Shown here piece by piece: positions 33,905 to 52,733 of a stretch of DNA of 64,000 bases. Below the pieces are notes generated by a model that had not been told where the DNA came from, made no database searches, and worked only from the letters and a program-made list of their open reading frames with translations. The stretch's first letter is position 1; each line of letters starts with the position of its first letter. This DNA comes from the human T2T-CHM13v2.0 reference genome, Homo sapiens. The stretch lies in assembly GCF_009914755.1 (NCBI RefSeq), contig NC_060932.1; one strand, given 5' to 3'. Position numbers and translations under genes: made by a program.

Positions 33905-35701
33905 GAACGGTAAAGAAGATCAAGTCTGAGCAAGGTCACCAAAAGTAAATATAGAGAGGAAGGATTGGCTGGAAAAACTTTCTGGATAGACTAAACTAAT
34001 AGGAGAACTTAGTCTCCTGTTAGCATGGGGTGATTTAGAAGAAGACATTTCTCCCCGAATATATCCTATGGTTTGTGCAGGTCTGACCAAGTCAGTCAGT
34101 TGACTTTACTGGACATTGGGAAAAACCCTGTGCTCATCACCAGCTCCACCACTTCTAAAATAAAACAACTGAGCTATTCACTTTCAACCCCCCTTTCTGC
34201 CTTCTCTGTGGAGACATTTCTTGGTGCTGGTTTTTGAATCATTAGCCAAGTATTCTTTTCCTCTCTGCTTGGTGACTTTGCAGTACAGTAAAGACATATG
34301 CTCCTCCCTGAGAGCCAAACCTAAATTCCATCCTGGCTTCTTCGAATGCCCTTGGATGAAAATAGACATTCCTTTCTCCTACAATCTTTGTGTATTCTTT
34401 TTTTATTAGACATGCTATGTTAAATCCATTAATGAAGCAGTTATGCCTATGAAGCTCCTAAATTGTGTCCAACTCAAAGCCCCCATAAGATGAAGCACAA
34501 AGCTGAGAAAAAAATAAAGTTGCCCTAGCTACCCATTGTCCATGGGGTACGATATAATCTGCTTAGTCTGACAGTCAAGGACCTCAATGACTTAAAGTTC
34601 CAGAAGTACTGGAGAAGATCAAGAAGATCTAAATTTGATTTCTAACATTTTCACCACCCTCCTGGGTGGTTTTGAATCCATGCCGTTTCATTAGCTCTCC
34701 AAACAAATAACAGCATGCACAATCCATAAGAATACAATTCTTATTTACCCAGGCAAATGAGAAGCTTGTTGCTCATAGGAGAATGATGTTAGAGGGATTA
34801 ATGAAGCAAGTAATAAACCTTTACGTCTTCTTATATTTCCAAATACTCTCCCTGAATTATGCTATAAATCTTCTAGCTACAAGGTATGGGAATTCAGCGT
34901 ACCTTTGACTTATCTTGCTTAACCTTTTCTCAAAGCTCTCCCTAAATCCTACTGTTTGTACCATCTCAAAGTTCTCTAACTGGTCTCCCTGGTTCCACAC
35001 ACACCCTCCTAGTAGCCCCTACTCCTATCTCTGTTTTATCCTGCTGCCAGTGGATGGTTCAAAATGTGAGTAGTTTTACATTGTCTCTGGTTTCCAAAGA
35101 TTCAGTAGTTTCTCCACTGAATTCTACTTTGTTCCTTGGTAACTAGATTCAGCTTCATTTCTCTCTTCAGTATCTTGAATCCTATACTTCATCCTTACAA
35201 GTCTTGAAATGTTCCCTCAATTTTCCTTCACTGTGCCTTTGCTTAAGCTGGTTTCTTTTCTTGGTGCCCTTCTCAAATATATATATTTGTCAAAGCCCTA
35301 AATATTCTTAAGGTGTTGCTCAAATTTTATTCCATTCCCCCAAAATCATGACTTTTTTAACCTATAGTACCATAGCACATGGTTTCTCTATAACAAAATT
35401 TACAATCTTGTTTCCGAAAGATTTTGTTTCTGTTTTCTTCATTTGCTGGTGAGTGTTTAAAAGGCAGTTGCTGTTTTATTCATTCAAAATCAGCCATTAG
35501 CTCTTAGAACTGTGCTCTGTACATAGCAGGGGCTCATTAAATGAAATCCCTGAGCATAACCGCGGGGTAGGGCGAGGTTTGGTTCTTGGAAATGTAAATG
35601 ACCATGAGGTAATACTGACACTTCTGACCCTTTCCAATCTCTCCTCTCAGAGACCAGGAACTGCATTTGGATTTAAAGAAACAAAACTTTCTGGCACCTA
35701 C

Positions 35702-36312
35702 TGTGGTGAGTAGCTTCTGACATGACTCTCAGTGAGCTCTTCCTCCTGGTGTTCATGTGCTTGGGTAATCCTCTCTGAGTGTGAAGTGAATCTTACAACT
35801 CACTTCTAATAAATAAAAGATGGCAGAAGTGATGGGATGTCACTTCCATAACTACATCACAGGTCGTGATGTCCATCTTGCTAGCACTCTCTCTTTGGTT
35901 GATACTCTATTCACTTGCTTACTTGTTGCTAAGTTGTAAGGCAATCTGTGGAGAGATTTACCTAGCAGTGAACCAACCACATAGCAAGGCCTCTGACTAA
36001 AACCTTGCAGGGACAGAGGCCTCAGTCCAACAGCCTGTGAGAAGCTGAATCCTGCCAACCACCGCGTGATGGTTGATGATCACATGGTGGTTGATGTGAT
36101 CATGAAGGATGAATGTGATCATGGAGAATGAAGAAGCCAATCCTTTCCAGTTAAGCCTTGAGGTGATTGCAGTTTTGTGAGAGACCCAGAGACATAGAAT
36201 CTTGCTAATCTGTGTCCAAATTCTTGGCTTAAAGCACTGAAATAATAAATGCTGTTGCTTAGAGCCACTATGGTTTGGGGTAATTTGTTATGCAATAATA
36301 GGTAACCTAGAT
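35702..36312 (+). mobile_element. MLT1F-like LTR
   Basis: TGTGGTGAGTAGCTTCTGACATG...GGCAGAAGTGATGGGATGTCACTTCC...GCCACTATGGTTTGGGGTAATTTGTTATGCAATAATAG. Confidence 0.82.
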
Positions 36313-36741
36313 ATCTACTTTTGAAAATTCTGCCCACCGTGTTCATTCTATCAGGACATGCTTTCTTATTGATGAATGGCCAGTGGCATGGATTTAATTG
36401 TCCTTCTCTCTCTCTGTTTCCATTCCAGGGCTTTGTGTAAAGATTCTTAGTGCTTATTAGCATGGTTTATAAATTTAGCTTCACAAAGCTAGTACATAAT
36501 TATGCAAAGCTAGGACTTTAATAGAAAAGAACTTAAAATAAGACTCAGTGAAAATATATTAATTGTAGATTACTTAATAGTTTAGGTATTTTGTGCGGGT
36601 AACTATTTTCCCAATGCTACAAATAAGGAAAATGAGAATAACTGAAGACACTGGCTCAAAAGCACACATTCAGCAAGTGTTAAAATTAGATGTCAAGTTC
36701 AGACATGTGCACTGTCAATAGCAAGCTCTTTCCCCTAAACC

Positions 36742-36897
36742 AGAGTCCTCAACTGTGGCTATACATTGCAATCACCTGAGGAACACTAAATACATATTGA
36801 GAGAGTCTGATTTAATTCTTTCAGGGCACAGCTTGGGCATTGGGATTTTAGAAACCACCCAGGCAATTCTAATATATAACCAATTTAAGAAGCACTA
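36742..36897. mobile_element. MER5A/B (hAT) MITE
   Basis: CAGAGTCCTCAACTGTGGCTATACATTGCAATCACCTG...TCTGATTTAATT...CCCAGGCAATTCTAAT...AAGAAGCACTA. Confidence 0.7.
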
Positions 36898-37519
36898 GGT
36901 ACATCTCTGAGCCTCCCAAATTTTGTTCATGTCCAATGGTACTTAATTACACTCTGTGTTTGTCACCTGATTCTTGAATTTGAAACCAAGCCACTTGAAT
37001 TCTTTCTGAAAAGAACAGACTTTCACCAGGACAGAAGAATCTGTTGAGTACACATTGTGGGGAGAAGCATTTTTAGGTGAGGAAGAAACAGAAGGGGAGG
37101 AATCAACTCTGACCTTGAGTTAGTTACACAGTCATTGAATGAGGAAGATTTTATTACAGACCAGGACACTGGTCAGCAGTTTTCCTACATCTTATATAGC
37201 TCTACTATTGACTCATATTTCACGTGTCCTTGAGTAATAGTCATTTCCCTTGAATGATAGTATTTTAGAGTTAGAAAAGAATCTAGAATTTAATCTTTTT
37301 CTGTACAAGGAAACTGAATCTTAAAAAGGAGAAATGATTTGATAAAGGCCACACAGCAAATGAGTGACAGAACTGGATCTAGTTTACATGTCTATACTTG
37401 GACTATGGATCTTTCCACCACACCAGAGCAAGCTCTTTTTGATTAAATTCTAGGTAGGTAGGTATATGTTTTATTTTCCAAAAATATGGAACTGAAAAAG
37501 AATTTCAGGCCTTTTCAAA

Positions 37520-37920
37520 CCCATGCTCTGTTTCCTCCTGCAGAGTGCCAGATTTCAGGAATGTTTTATTTGCTATTCTTTGTGCCTGGAAACTCTTTCC
37601 TTAGGCATACTTTATTGCCATCCTCTTCGCTTCATTTATTATTTGCTCATATGTTGTCACCTTAGCAGAGAGGCCTGCTCTGATCACTCAATATGGAACA
37701 GCAACCATCCCCCAGCACTCCCTTCTCTTTGCTCTATTTTTTCTATTGCTTTTATCATCAGCCAGAATGTATTTTGTTCAATTATTTATTTCTGTCTCCT
37801 CCGCTCACCTTACTAGACTGTAAACTGCATAAGTAAAGGGTCTTTGTCTGGTTCTTTTTCTACTGTACCCCTGAGGCCACCCTGAAGGAGGCCCTCAATA
37901 AACATTAGTTGGTTAAATGT
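37520..37920 (+). mobile_element. L2 3' end
   Basis: TGCCTGGAAACTCTTTCC...CAGAGAGGCCTGCTCTGATCAC...CTAGACTGTAAACTGCAT...CTCAATAAACATTAGTTGG. Confidence 0.8.
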
Positions 37921-38884
37921 ATAACTAATAGTAAGATCTTCAAATATGAACCATCCTGAGAATGAATAAATTCAATGTCAAGAGACACATTCAAGTACAG
38001 GTTCAGTTACCACCTAACAGAGATCGAGAAAGTGGTCTTCAGACACAAATGAGAAATCAAGTCTGAAGACTTCTAAAATCCCTTCCAAAACGGAGAGTCT
38101 ATAATGTAAAAGATTACTTCTCCAAACAGGATACTCATGGTTTGCTGGAATTTTCATGGATTCTTTATATAAGCACTTAATTCATTCAATATTTTTTTGT
38201 TCATTCAAGGGATATTCAGTGAGAAGCTGCTTTATATGTGTTAGATACAATTTTTGCATGAAAAATGCAAGAATCAAGTGGTGGCTCTCATGAGCTCAAA
38301 CCTTCTTCTCCATTCCTGACTTTTCATCTTTCTCTAAATATCTCTCTACTTTCAAGTATTCCTTTATCATTTTTAGAAAGTCAAATTCAGCCTAACTGGT
38401 GACCACTGGGAAAAGTAAGAGTAAATTTGTAGCATAACTTTATAGTGTATGAGGTTCCGAACGTCATATAGCATTCATTCCTATATTTTTTGCAAAGCAA
38501 CTCATAAGAAAGGCAACCACGTACCATCACTCCCCAAGGTCTCGTTCTTTTTAAAATAAAGGAAAGAAGGCTATATCAGACCCCCTATTGTTTTATTTTT
38601 TGCCCTTGGGTGACTGAGCTATAATATGACTTGGTGAGAATTAAAGACCAGAAGAGAGTTATTTGAAGTATTAAAGTTTTCTCGGAGTTACTTCCATTGG
38701 AACCATTCTCCATTGCTCACTCTGGAGGAAAGACTAGAAGTACATTTTTGTATTTTTAACCACCAAACCTGACCCTTCTTAGGCATCTTCTCAGGGACTT
38801 ACTTCAAATCATGTTCTAAGGTTTTTATCAACAAAAATTATCAATGTAACAAAGACTGTGTTGGACCTTGTGATTATGAATAAT

Positions 38885-41820
<2,936 letters not shown>

Positions 41821-42361
41821 GGTCAATTCATATTGTCCAGCCAAGTGACAGAAAGAAAAAAAAGAATGAAATAATAAAAAATAGAGTCTCAGACTTGTGA
41901 GACACCATCAACTGTAACGATATACAAAGCCCTACTAGCTTTGCATTTTCACCTAGCAGTAATTAACAGGGTAAATAACAGTTATAGAAAATGTGTACTT
42001 TCTTTCACTTCCATTTCTACAACTCCCCATTCTTTTACATCAGGCAATTTTCACTGATTGTTACTGCCTAGCTTCTGTGGGGACTTAGTTTGCAACCTCT
42101 GAAATAGAAGAACAACAGAAATAAGGAGAAAGATATTTTAGAAAGGGAAAACAGCAGAAACAAAGAATAAGGGGTAAGAAAGTGTATGGCTTCTTGAGTA
42201 AGAGTAAAGATGGATTTGGCTGAGGAGGAATTTTTGTAGGAAGGCAATAGTAGACATTTCTGGGAAGAATAGCTGGAGCTAGGCTGTGGAGAGCATAGAT
42301 AGCAGTGCTTTTACATAAAATTTTGGAGCTCTCAATGTGTTTCAAAGAATAGAAATACTAA

Positions 42362-42771
<410 letters not shown>

Positions 42772-43380
42772 TAGTCTGTCAATGGCTAATAGCAAACAAA
42801 ACTGGAAACACAATTGAGATCTCTCAGTCTAGCCCACTGCTGGTAGACAGACAGACTAGCCATCACAAACAAGCTGTACATGGGCCATAACCTTGATTGT
42901 TTTGTTCTCTGCTTTATTCTTGGCACCTAGAATAACATGTAGCTCTTGGATGAAAGAAATAATTTTGAATCCTGAGAAGCACAATAAGCACAATCTGCTT
43001 ATTCTATGGTGAGTTATCATTGGCTCTCTCAGGGGTTTACAGCACATGTAACTCCTGGAAGGTAGAAAAGACTTAACCAGGTGCAGCTATTTGCTTCAGC
43101 TTTACAGCTCCTCACATAAGCTGAATTGGCTCACTTGTTGGGAATGTTCTGCTTCAGAAGATACCAGAGATTGGGCTCATCACATGACTTTATAATGAGG
43201 AAATCTGACTGACCTTCAAGATGGTAGTAGACAGGCTGGCCATTGGGTGGGGATTGAAGACCATGGTGAAAGGCAGTTGTCACTTGGAAAACATACTCTG
43301 TTTTCAGATCATTCCTAATATAAGATGTAACTACTATTTGCTTAGGAAGGAGAATTTGTCCTGAAATCTATTCCTTCTGA

Positions 43381-43708
<328 letters not shown>

Positions 43709-44505
43709 TGAAGAGATTCTTGAGGCTTTGTGTCAATGTATCAGATCCCCATGTTTATATTTGTGAACCATTTCTGAATGATTGGATTTAGAGTGTGGCA
43801 TTATAAAAGGCTATAGAATTTTCAAGGCCCAAAACAAAAAAAATGTATTTTGTTGACTCATGAATTAGAGGACATCTAATCGAGATTTAGCTTGGTTTCT
43901 TACACAAAACACCAGACAGAGAATTTAGAGGCCTGGATCTTATACATGTTCCAATATAATGACCCTTAGCTGGTCTTATGTCTGAGTTTCAGGGTTCTTC
44001 CATGTAAAAACAGGGGTGGAGAATTCCTAAGGATCTTCCAGGTTTACAGTACACTTACTTGTATTTTGCAATGTTTCCTGAGAAGCTTCAAGTTCTATGA
44101 TTGATCTTGTTGTGAATGTTGTTACTAATTCCAGTTGAAAGAAATATGAAAGACATATTTTTACAGTAATCTCAACAGGTTCCAACCAAATTTGATATTT
44201 GCTCTAGTGCTCTGGCAATACTTTGTATATAGCATCTTGTAATTTTTAAAAATAACATGAATTACTTATTTAACTTTTTTTTCTACAGTAACTCTTAAGG
44301 AGGCCAGATAGGAGGTAACAAGTTTCCATTTTTATATATGAGGAAACACCCTCAAAGAATTTCAGTAATTTATGAAAAATAATTTAACTAATTAATGGAA
44401 GAAGTGGAACCAGAACCTGGGTCATCTGATTGGATGGCCCAGAAATTTAAAAATTATTATTAAACAACTACTTATATATACATATTTTGCTGTGACATCA
44501 TCTTA

Positions 44506-44934
<429 letters not shown>

Positions 44935-45730
44935 GCATGAGTCAGCCAGGCATAGGATGGAAGAAGGAAATTTCCTGATGGAGGGAACAACATGAACACA
45001 AGTACAAAGGTCAGAAACAACTTTTTCTGTGCAGGGAAAGATAGGTGCTTCTTTCTGGAGCATAGATTGGAAAGTTGGGATTGGAGTGAAGGGAAACTAG
45101 AAAGGTAGCTGGAATCAGATCATGAAAGGTTGCTTTTACTTTGTAAGCTGGCAGCTTTTCCTGAAGGATGTGGAGGGAAGCTATTGAAGGGTTTTATGTG
45201 GTCGCATGACTCGGTCCCACTTGTAGATAGCTCACTATTGTGGGTGCATAGAGGTTGTGAGAGGAGGCAAGAGAGGAGGCAGGGAATTCAGTTTGGTGGC
45301 TTTAGCACAGGATGGAAAATGCTCAGATGTTCTTTGGAGCGAAAGCAAGCAGTTAATTGGAAAACCAGAGGTGATCATCTTTCCAGGGGAAAGTGAGCTA
45401 TTTTCCCTCAGTACTTGGTAGCTTAAGGTTGTGCACACTACTTCTCTTAGTGTTGTGAATTACAATCAGATTTCGCATTGGAGTAAGCTAAAAATATGCT
45501 GTAAATAAGATAAAGCTAATGCTACTAACCAAATAAAATTGGTTGACTACTGTAGTTTAGGCAGTGAGCAAAGCCCTTTACATTCATTATATTATTCGGT
45601 ATTCTCAGCAGTATTGCAAAGTAGGTATACGTATCACAGATGGAAAAATTGAGGCACAAAGCCAATAAGTTGCCTGCTAAAGATCTCGGAGCTAGTGTGT
45701 GATCAAGTTAGAATTCAATTGTGGGTTGGT

Positions 45731-46012
45731 GGCTGGTTGCAGTGGCTCATGCCTATAATCCGAGCACTTTGGGAGGCCAAGGCAGGTGGATTGCTTGAGC
45801 TCAGGACTTGAAGACCAGCATGGGCAACATATGGAAACCCCATCTCCACAAAAAACACAAAAATTAGCCAGATATGGTGGTGTGTGCCTATAGTCTCAGC
45901 TACTTGGGAGGTTGAGGTGGGAGGATGGCTTGAGCCCAGGAGGCAGAGGTTACAGTGAGCTGAGATCACACCACTGTACCCCACCCTGGGCGACAGAGTG
46001 AGACTCTGTTTC
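45731..46012 (+). mobile_element. AluJb
   Basis: GGATTGCTTGAGCTCAGG...GGGAGGATGGCTTGAGCCCAGG; degraded tail. Confidence 0.92.
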
Positions 46013-46451
46013 CCCAGTCCCCCTAAAAAATACAGGTTAGACTGTTTCCTCAAATGTAGCTCTTCATTGCAACGGGTCTTGAAGTAAAAATAATCAAACT
46101 TAGAGTAAGAATGGAGGGCACAGACCAATAAGAGGAGAGGATAGGGTGTGGTGCAACGTGTGTTTCCTCAGTGCAGCTCAGTGGCAGCAGTAAAGACCTA
46201 CGGCTCACTGTAGTCAAAGATTCCAGTGTTCCCACCAGGAAAAACGAAAAGACAGACAAAGCTACAGTTCCTGTCTGAGTCCTACAGTGATGATGTGAAA
46301 CATTTTTGCAGGCTTGGATGACAGGCCAGTGAATGGGGCTGAGAAACTAACTCTGCCTCTTTTACTGCTGCATTCCCTTTTAGATTTCTTATATAAACTG
46401 TATATTCTGTGTCCATAGGCTGAAGACCTTTGTTATTTAGAACCTAGATTT

Positions 46452-46782
<331 letters not shown>

Positions 46783-47494
46783 TCACAAATGCTTGTGTCT
46801 ATCTCAATAGTGTTAATGACTATTGATTTGCTATGGGCAAAAAAAAAAAAAAAAAAGAGGAAAATAATCTACCTTGGAACTCAAAGCCATCAACTTGACT
46901 GATATTCTTTCTGGATTAGTTTCCATCATCTCTCCTCAGCCTGTTGCCTGGAAATGAGGGAAGGCAGAGGAGAAGATATTTTAGAAGTGAAAAAATATAC
47001 TAGTCATAATTCAGAATATTATCCCACTAAATTAAACCTAAATGTTTATAAAACACCAGAAAAATCTAGGGTATTGCTATCACTTTTCAATAAAATTGAT
47101 TATGTGAGCTCCCTGAGGGCAAGTGATAGGTCTGTCTTGTTCACTGCTATATCCTCTGTGCATAGAATTGTGTCTGCTATATGATAGACATTTCAGAAAC
47201 ATTAGTTGAACAAATGAATTAATAAAGTTCTCAAACAACCTTCTTCCTACATTCAGATGATAGTTGGCTTTACTAACTTTCAGAAACACATCAGGAACCT
47301 GTGATGTTTATCAAACAAGGGAAAGCCTGTCTATGAAAGAGCGATTAGGTTGGTTCACTGGTGTTCCAAAAGTCAGAGAAGGGACCAGTTGATGCAGACT
47401 CCAAGTGGGCACATTTCAGTTCCTTAAAGGAAATGTTTGACAGCTACAGTACAGCAATCACAGAATCATCTGCCTTAGGATCTCACAAGAAGCA

Positions 47495-48020
47495 AGTTAA
47501 CTTACAGATCAAGTTAGATGAAGACTGAGAATTGATCCTTGGATTTGACAAAATGGAGATCACTGATGACTTTGTCAAGGTGGTTCTAATGGGGCAAACG
47601 TCTAGTGAGGGCGAGTATAAGAAAATCTGAGAGAAGAGAAATTGGGTAACATTTAGGATTCTGCTTTAAAGGGGAACAGAGAAATATAGAATAACTGGAA
47701 AAGAAGGGTGGGTTTAAGAGAGGAGTTTTGTTGTTGTTTGTTTCTAATGTAGAAGAAAGAATGTTATGATTGTAGGCAGGTGGGAATAATTCATCAGAGA
47801 GGAAAGTTTGATGACAGAAGAATGTGTTGAATTATTGGAGTGACCCCCTTGGATAAGTGATGGAGAAGACGCACAATTCCACTGCACAAGCTGAAGGGGT
47901 GGTCTTATCCTGGGGCATGGACAGTTCATCTGTAGTTGTGATGAGGGAGACAGATATCCATCACTGAGTCTAGATGCTGATGAGTGGGTGGATGTAGTGG
48001 CTGGCGGTAGTGGAAATTCT
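47495..48020 (-). mobile_element. L2 fragment
   Basis: GATCAAGTTAGATGAAGACTGAGAATTGATCCTTGGATTTGAC...GGAGATCACTGATGACTTTG. Confidence 0.7.
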
Positions 48021-48569
48021 CAACAACACTCATTATATGTCATTTCATCATTTGGCTTATGTGTTTTTCTTTCCCATTGGGCTACAAACTCCTTTGGGAC
48101 AGTGGCTTAGACTTATTTACCCTGTTTTTCTGGCAGTTTTTAGTTACTTGGCATTTAATAGATACATTTAAGTCTAAATGTGACTAAAAGGTACACCTGC
48201 ATTTTCTGAATACTAGGGTAATACTGGAAGTCTCCGGGATATAGAGGTTGTCGGGGGTATGAGAATGGAAAAGGTTTAAAGACTAATTCCAGCAGTATTA
48301 GTGAAAAAAGAATATGCATTGCAGCTGTGAAAAGGCTGTGACAGGAGCATTAAAAATGTAGGTGAAGTACAGATTTTATGAACTCAGTAAGCAAGTTTTA
48401 TTAAGAGCCTCCCAGGACCCAACCCTACACTCTGTACTGTTGGGACTTGAAGAGAAGAATGATGTAGGATGGCTCTTGAAGACTTTATAATCTGCCTGTT
48501 GTGTCAAAACCTTACGTAACCAGGCAGAAGATCATATGGCCCTGACTCAATTATTCCAGCTTATTAGCT

Positions 48570-48800
48570 AATAGTGTGGGCTCTGAAGTAAAAAATGTCT
48601 GAGATTGAATCCAGGCTTTGCCAGGTTGTCATTGAATAAACCTGGATCAGTTATTTTGTCTGTATCTCAGTTTCATTGTCTTTAAAGTAGTAAAGATAGT
48701 TATCACTCATTGTAGGCTTTTATGAGGATTAAATGAGTCAATATGTGTAAAAATGAGAACTGGACACATAGAAGTAACCCCCGCATGTTAGTCACCACTA
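48570..48800 (+). mobile_element. MIR
   Basis: GTGGGCTCTGAAG...TTGAATCCAGGCTTTGCCA...TCTCAGTTTCATTGTC...TGAGGATTAAATGAG. Confidence 0.8.
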
Positions 48801-50244
48801 TATTTAAAGGAATAGGTGTGAGTATGTACTGGGCAGACAAGAGGTATGATAGAGAAGGCACACTCTAGAGTGACTGTCTGTCTTCACTGATTCCACCCAG
48901 TGGCTATGTCCTTCTTACTTCTTGACCCCTGGCTGTGTTGAACCGCAGAAAGGGACTTGTTGACTGAAGCCAGAACAATCAAACTCTCTCACTTAAGAAT
49001 TTGCCATCAAAATGAGAGACACAGGAATTGATGTTAGTAGGAGCTGAGTCACATTTGTAGCATCAACTTTTATCAAAAAGGCCACAGACTCCTGGTACTG
49101 AAGTCCTTGTGATTTCCTCAGCTTGTTTTTCCTGAAATTCAAGTGTTCAGTTTCTTACTTAAGTCTGTGACTACTCCATTTCCAATAAATCCTTTGTCAC
49201 CTGAAGAGCAAAAGTTTTTTGTTTTTTGTTCGTTTGTTTGTTTTTGGCTTGCAAGCAAACAAACTTTTGCATATGTAAATAGATTCCAGGCTCAGTGGAG
49301 CTCCCGAAGGGAGGGTACTGTACCATGGAGTTTTCAACTCTTAAACAGGCCATGTAAGTCATTTATTTGTTCAGCCAGCATTTAGCGAGATCGTTCTGTT
49401 TTAGCATTGCTACATATTAGGACTACATGGATGATTCAGATGGAATTTCTGCCTTCAAGGAGATTGAGTTTTGTAGCCAAGAGATTTCTGTGCTAGATTC
49501 AGAAGAAGAAGGGATCAGGCTAGTTTCATGGGTTTAGGAGGAGTGAGTGGGTTTCTGGTGGCACCATCAAGTATTACTGAGTCTGGACAAGAGATGTGAT
49601 CTTTGGGAACACGATTGAGTACCCTTCCAGTGAGCTGTCAAACTCCTGCGTTTATACCTCTCTTCTTAAGCACTTTCAAATTATTCCCTTCAAAACGAAA
49701 TTTGGAAGTCGAAATCTTTGGGGCTGGTGAAAATAATACTACAAACATGCTATTCCATTCATTTGTCAATGGAGGTTAACATACATCTCTCCCAGTTTTG
49801 TTTGTTCAACTTTAACATTGTAGCAAGTTTTAGTATCATATTTTCAAGTGGAAATAATTTCTCCACTGTCTGCTCTTCTTTTGTGGTGGTTGGGGGGATA
49901 CTTTTATCCTAGTTAATCTTTTCAGTTTCATTTCTCACTGTTCCTCTATAAACACTGGGACTCCCATAATCATACTAGCATTCCTTTCATACTCCATGAT
50001 TTTTTACCTCCATGCCTTTGTTAATACAGTCTCTCCCCACCCGCTGAAAGAATGTCATCTTCTCATGACTTTATGCATAAATTACACTTGTCTTTTTCAG
50101 CAGAAATGTTGCATACTCCATGAAATTTTTTTAAACACTTTTCAGCTAAAAAATTCACTTTTTCGAATTCCAAACGTGCCGCCTGTACTTCTTTTTACAA
50201 ATTTTATTACTTGATGCCTCATGTCATAGGCGTTATCTCCAACA

Positions 50245-50312
50245 GTTATCTGCCTCTCTAAAACTGTTGGAGGACATTGTTATCTGCCTCTCTAAAACTG
50301 TTGGAGGACATT
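50245..50312. repeat. Perfect 34-bp tandem duplication
   Basis: GTTATCTGCCTCTCTAAAACTGTTGGAGGACATT x2. Confidence 0.95.
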
Positions 50313-50639
50313 CACACAGAATGTTCTAGAGGCTTTGTCTCATCTCTCAAAACAGTAGCCCCTGCTCAAGGCGTCTTCACAGAGCTTACTTCAATTTCTG
50401 AAACTGAAAAACAATGCATATTTTTCTAGGTCCTGATATGTGAAATGTAGATTTTCTAGCTGCTTTGATAGATAAGGTAGAGGAAAAGATGTATTTCCAA
50501 GAAGGAGTGAGGTACATGAGCCTAGGTCATTAGGGACAGACAGGCAAAGACGCTTCAATGACTGAGCCAACATGGGGGAGAGGGACAAGGAGGAAGAAGA
50601 GCAGGCTGGGTTCCAGAGGTGACAAATCAAAGTAGAAAA

Positions 50640-51147
50640 TGTGTGATGGGTTGGGTTTCCCTGGAAACAGCTGATATGGACATTAGCATGCAGGTTATTT
50701 CTTAAGGGCTGTTTCTGGAATTAATACTTGTGAAAAGGAAGGAAAGGAAGCGGGACTGGGAAGTGGAAGATGTTGTGCTGTTATGCAGTCTCAATGGAAT
50801 CCTCAGCTGATCTTGCAGGAAATTCCAAAGATGAGATAACCCTTCAGAGCTGTCCTGAGTTGTGTCAAGAAGGAAGGCTTTCTCCCCAAGCATCAAGCAG
50901 CTATTAGAGGTAGGCTACCCCAGGAAGGTGCATGTCCTCTGGCAAGATGACATCATTCCACAGACAGATGAAATGTGACAGCTATTGGAAGCAGGCCGCC
51001 CCAAGAAGGTGCATGTCCTCTGGCAAGATGACTTCTTTCAACAGACAGATGAAATGTGTCTGCCAGCAGCACTTTTAGCAGCTGGAATAGTAAGTCTTTT
51101 TGACTATGGGAGGAGGACCTGGGCAGTGCATCATACTGTCCAACACA
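50640..51147 (-). mobile_element. LTR33-like ERVL solo LTR with an internal 81-bp duplication
   Basis: GGTTGGGTTTCCCTGGAAACAG...GCATGCAGGTTATTT...CCCTTCAGAGCTGTCC...GACCTGGGCAGTGCATCA...CAACACA. Confidence 0.7.
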
Positions 51148-52657
51148 AGGTGTTTGTGTGCCTAGGGACAATGCAGGTAACTGGAAGCCAAATTGATGAG
51201 GCTATAAAATTAGCATTCAGCTTCTGAACAGTGGTTCTAAGTAGCCTCAGTAGGCCTTAGTTTTCATTACTGACAATCAAAATTATCCTATGAGTTGCAA
51301 CCTCTATTCGGGTATGAAAATGCAACTTTACTTGGTGGTCTATTTCTAATTGGAACAATACCAGACAATCTAGTGATATGTGCCATCACATTTTGCACAT
51401 AGTATATTATTCAGTAAATGACTGTTGAATGAATAAGTGACCAAGTAAACTTTTTGAGTTACTGGAAAGCGGCATACTCTGTTCTATTTTATGAACCTCT
51501 CCTTAGCACATTTAAAGTCTCTTGCATTTTCTTCTCCATTTCAATCCTGGTTTCTACCAGGGCTGTCTAGTCTTCATGGTCTTATGCTTTGGTTTATTGC
51601 CTTTTCTCTTTGGATTTGTAAGGTACCTTTTCTATACAGCATCTCTTTTCTTTGGCATTGAAGAGAACATTGCTCCATTTTCTTTTTGCTCCCAAGGGGT
51701 GTTTGTATGTGTGTTTGATCTCCAGAACCTTGCTCCTATCCTGGAATGAAAGTGTCTGATTTACAACATCCCATCTTCACCACCCAGGCACAGACAGATC
51801 CTTGTGAAAACTCAAATAAAAGTATATATAAAGGAAGCGGTCTCTTTGCAATGTCTTTTGGCCAACCACCTGCATCTTACTTGAGCCCTTCCTGCTTGAA
51901 TCAAAGCCTTGGGTGGTCTAGGGCTTGTTTCCTGGCTTTGGTAAAATTCAAAGATTTGGTAAAATCCAGACAGAATGAGAAAGTCACAGATACAAAAGAG
52001 GATAAGTTAACTTGAGGATCAAAACAGGTAGTTCTAGGCAGTCATGATCCAAGATGAGTGAAAAGGGATGAATTAAAAATTAATTAACCTTCTCTAATCT
52101 GCAGTTTCCTCATCTATCAAGTAGAGATAATAGTATCTAATTAATATATGCTATTAGGATTAAATGAAGTTATATATATTTTTATAAACGAATTTATAGA
52201 TATAATTATATATATAGACACTTAACATAGTATCTGTTGAGAAGTCAGTCTTTAACAAGTTGACATTTTATTGTTTAATACAGATTGTTATTATTAGAAT
52301 TCAAGGATGGGGAATACAGCAATGTATTAAATAAAACAGAAATCTCTTTAGAAGCATTTAAAGATATTGGCAATAGTAGCAATGACAAACTGGGCTTCAA
52401 GTCAGCAGAGGACAGATTTTTTAAATATGTTTATCAGTCAAACAGATGAGATGCTGGACTGGGACTCAGGATAACTGGCATCTAGGCAAGCCTCTTCTCA
52501 CAATGATTTTGGGCAAACACTTCAACTTTCCAAGGATTCATAGAATCATATTTTAAATAATACTATAGAATAGATAGTTATTGCTCTCCAAATATTTAAT
52601 GTGCTTCTCTATATCCTTCAGCTTTCCTCACAGTTCAGTCACAAATAGCACTGACCA

Positions 52658-52709
52658 ATGAGCTGTGTTTGGAAGTGATGTGTATGAGCTGTGTTTGGAA
52701 GTGATGTGT
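52658..52709. repeat. Perfect 26-bp tandem duplication
   Basis: ATGAGCTGTGTTTGGAAGTGATGTGT x2. Confidence 0.95.
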
Positions 52710-52733
52710 ATGTTCTTAAGAATAGATGTGTGG

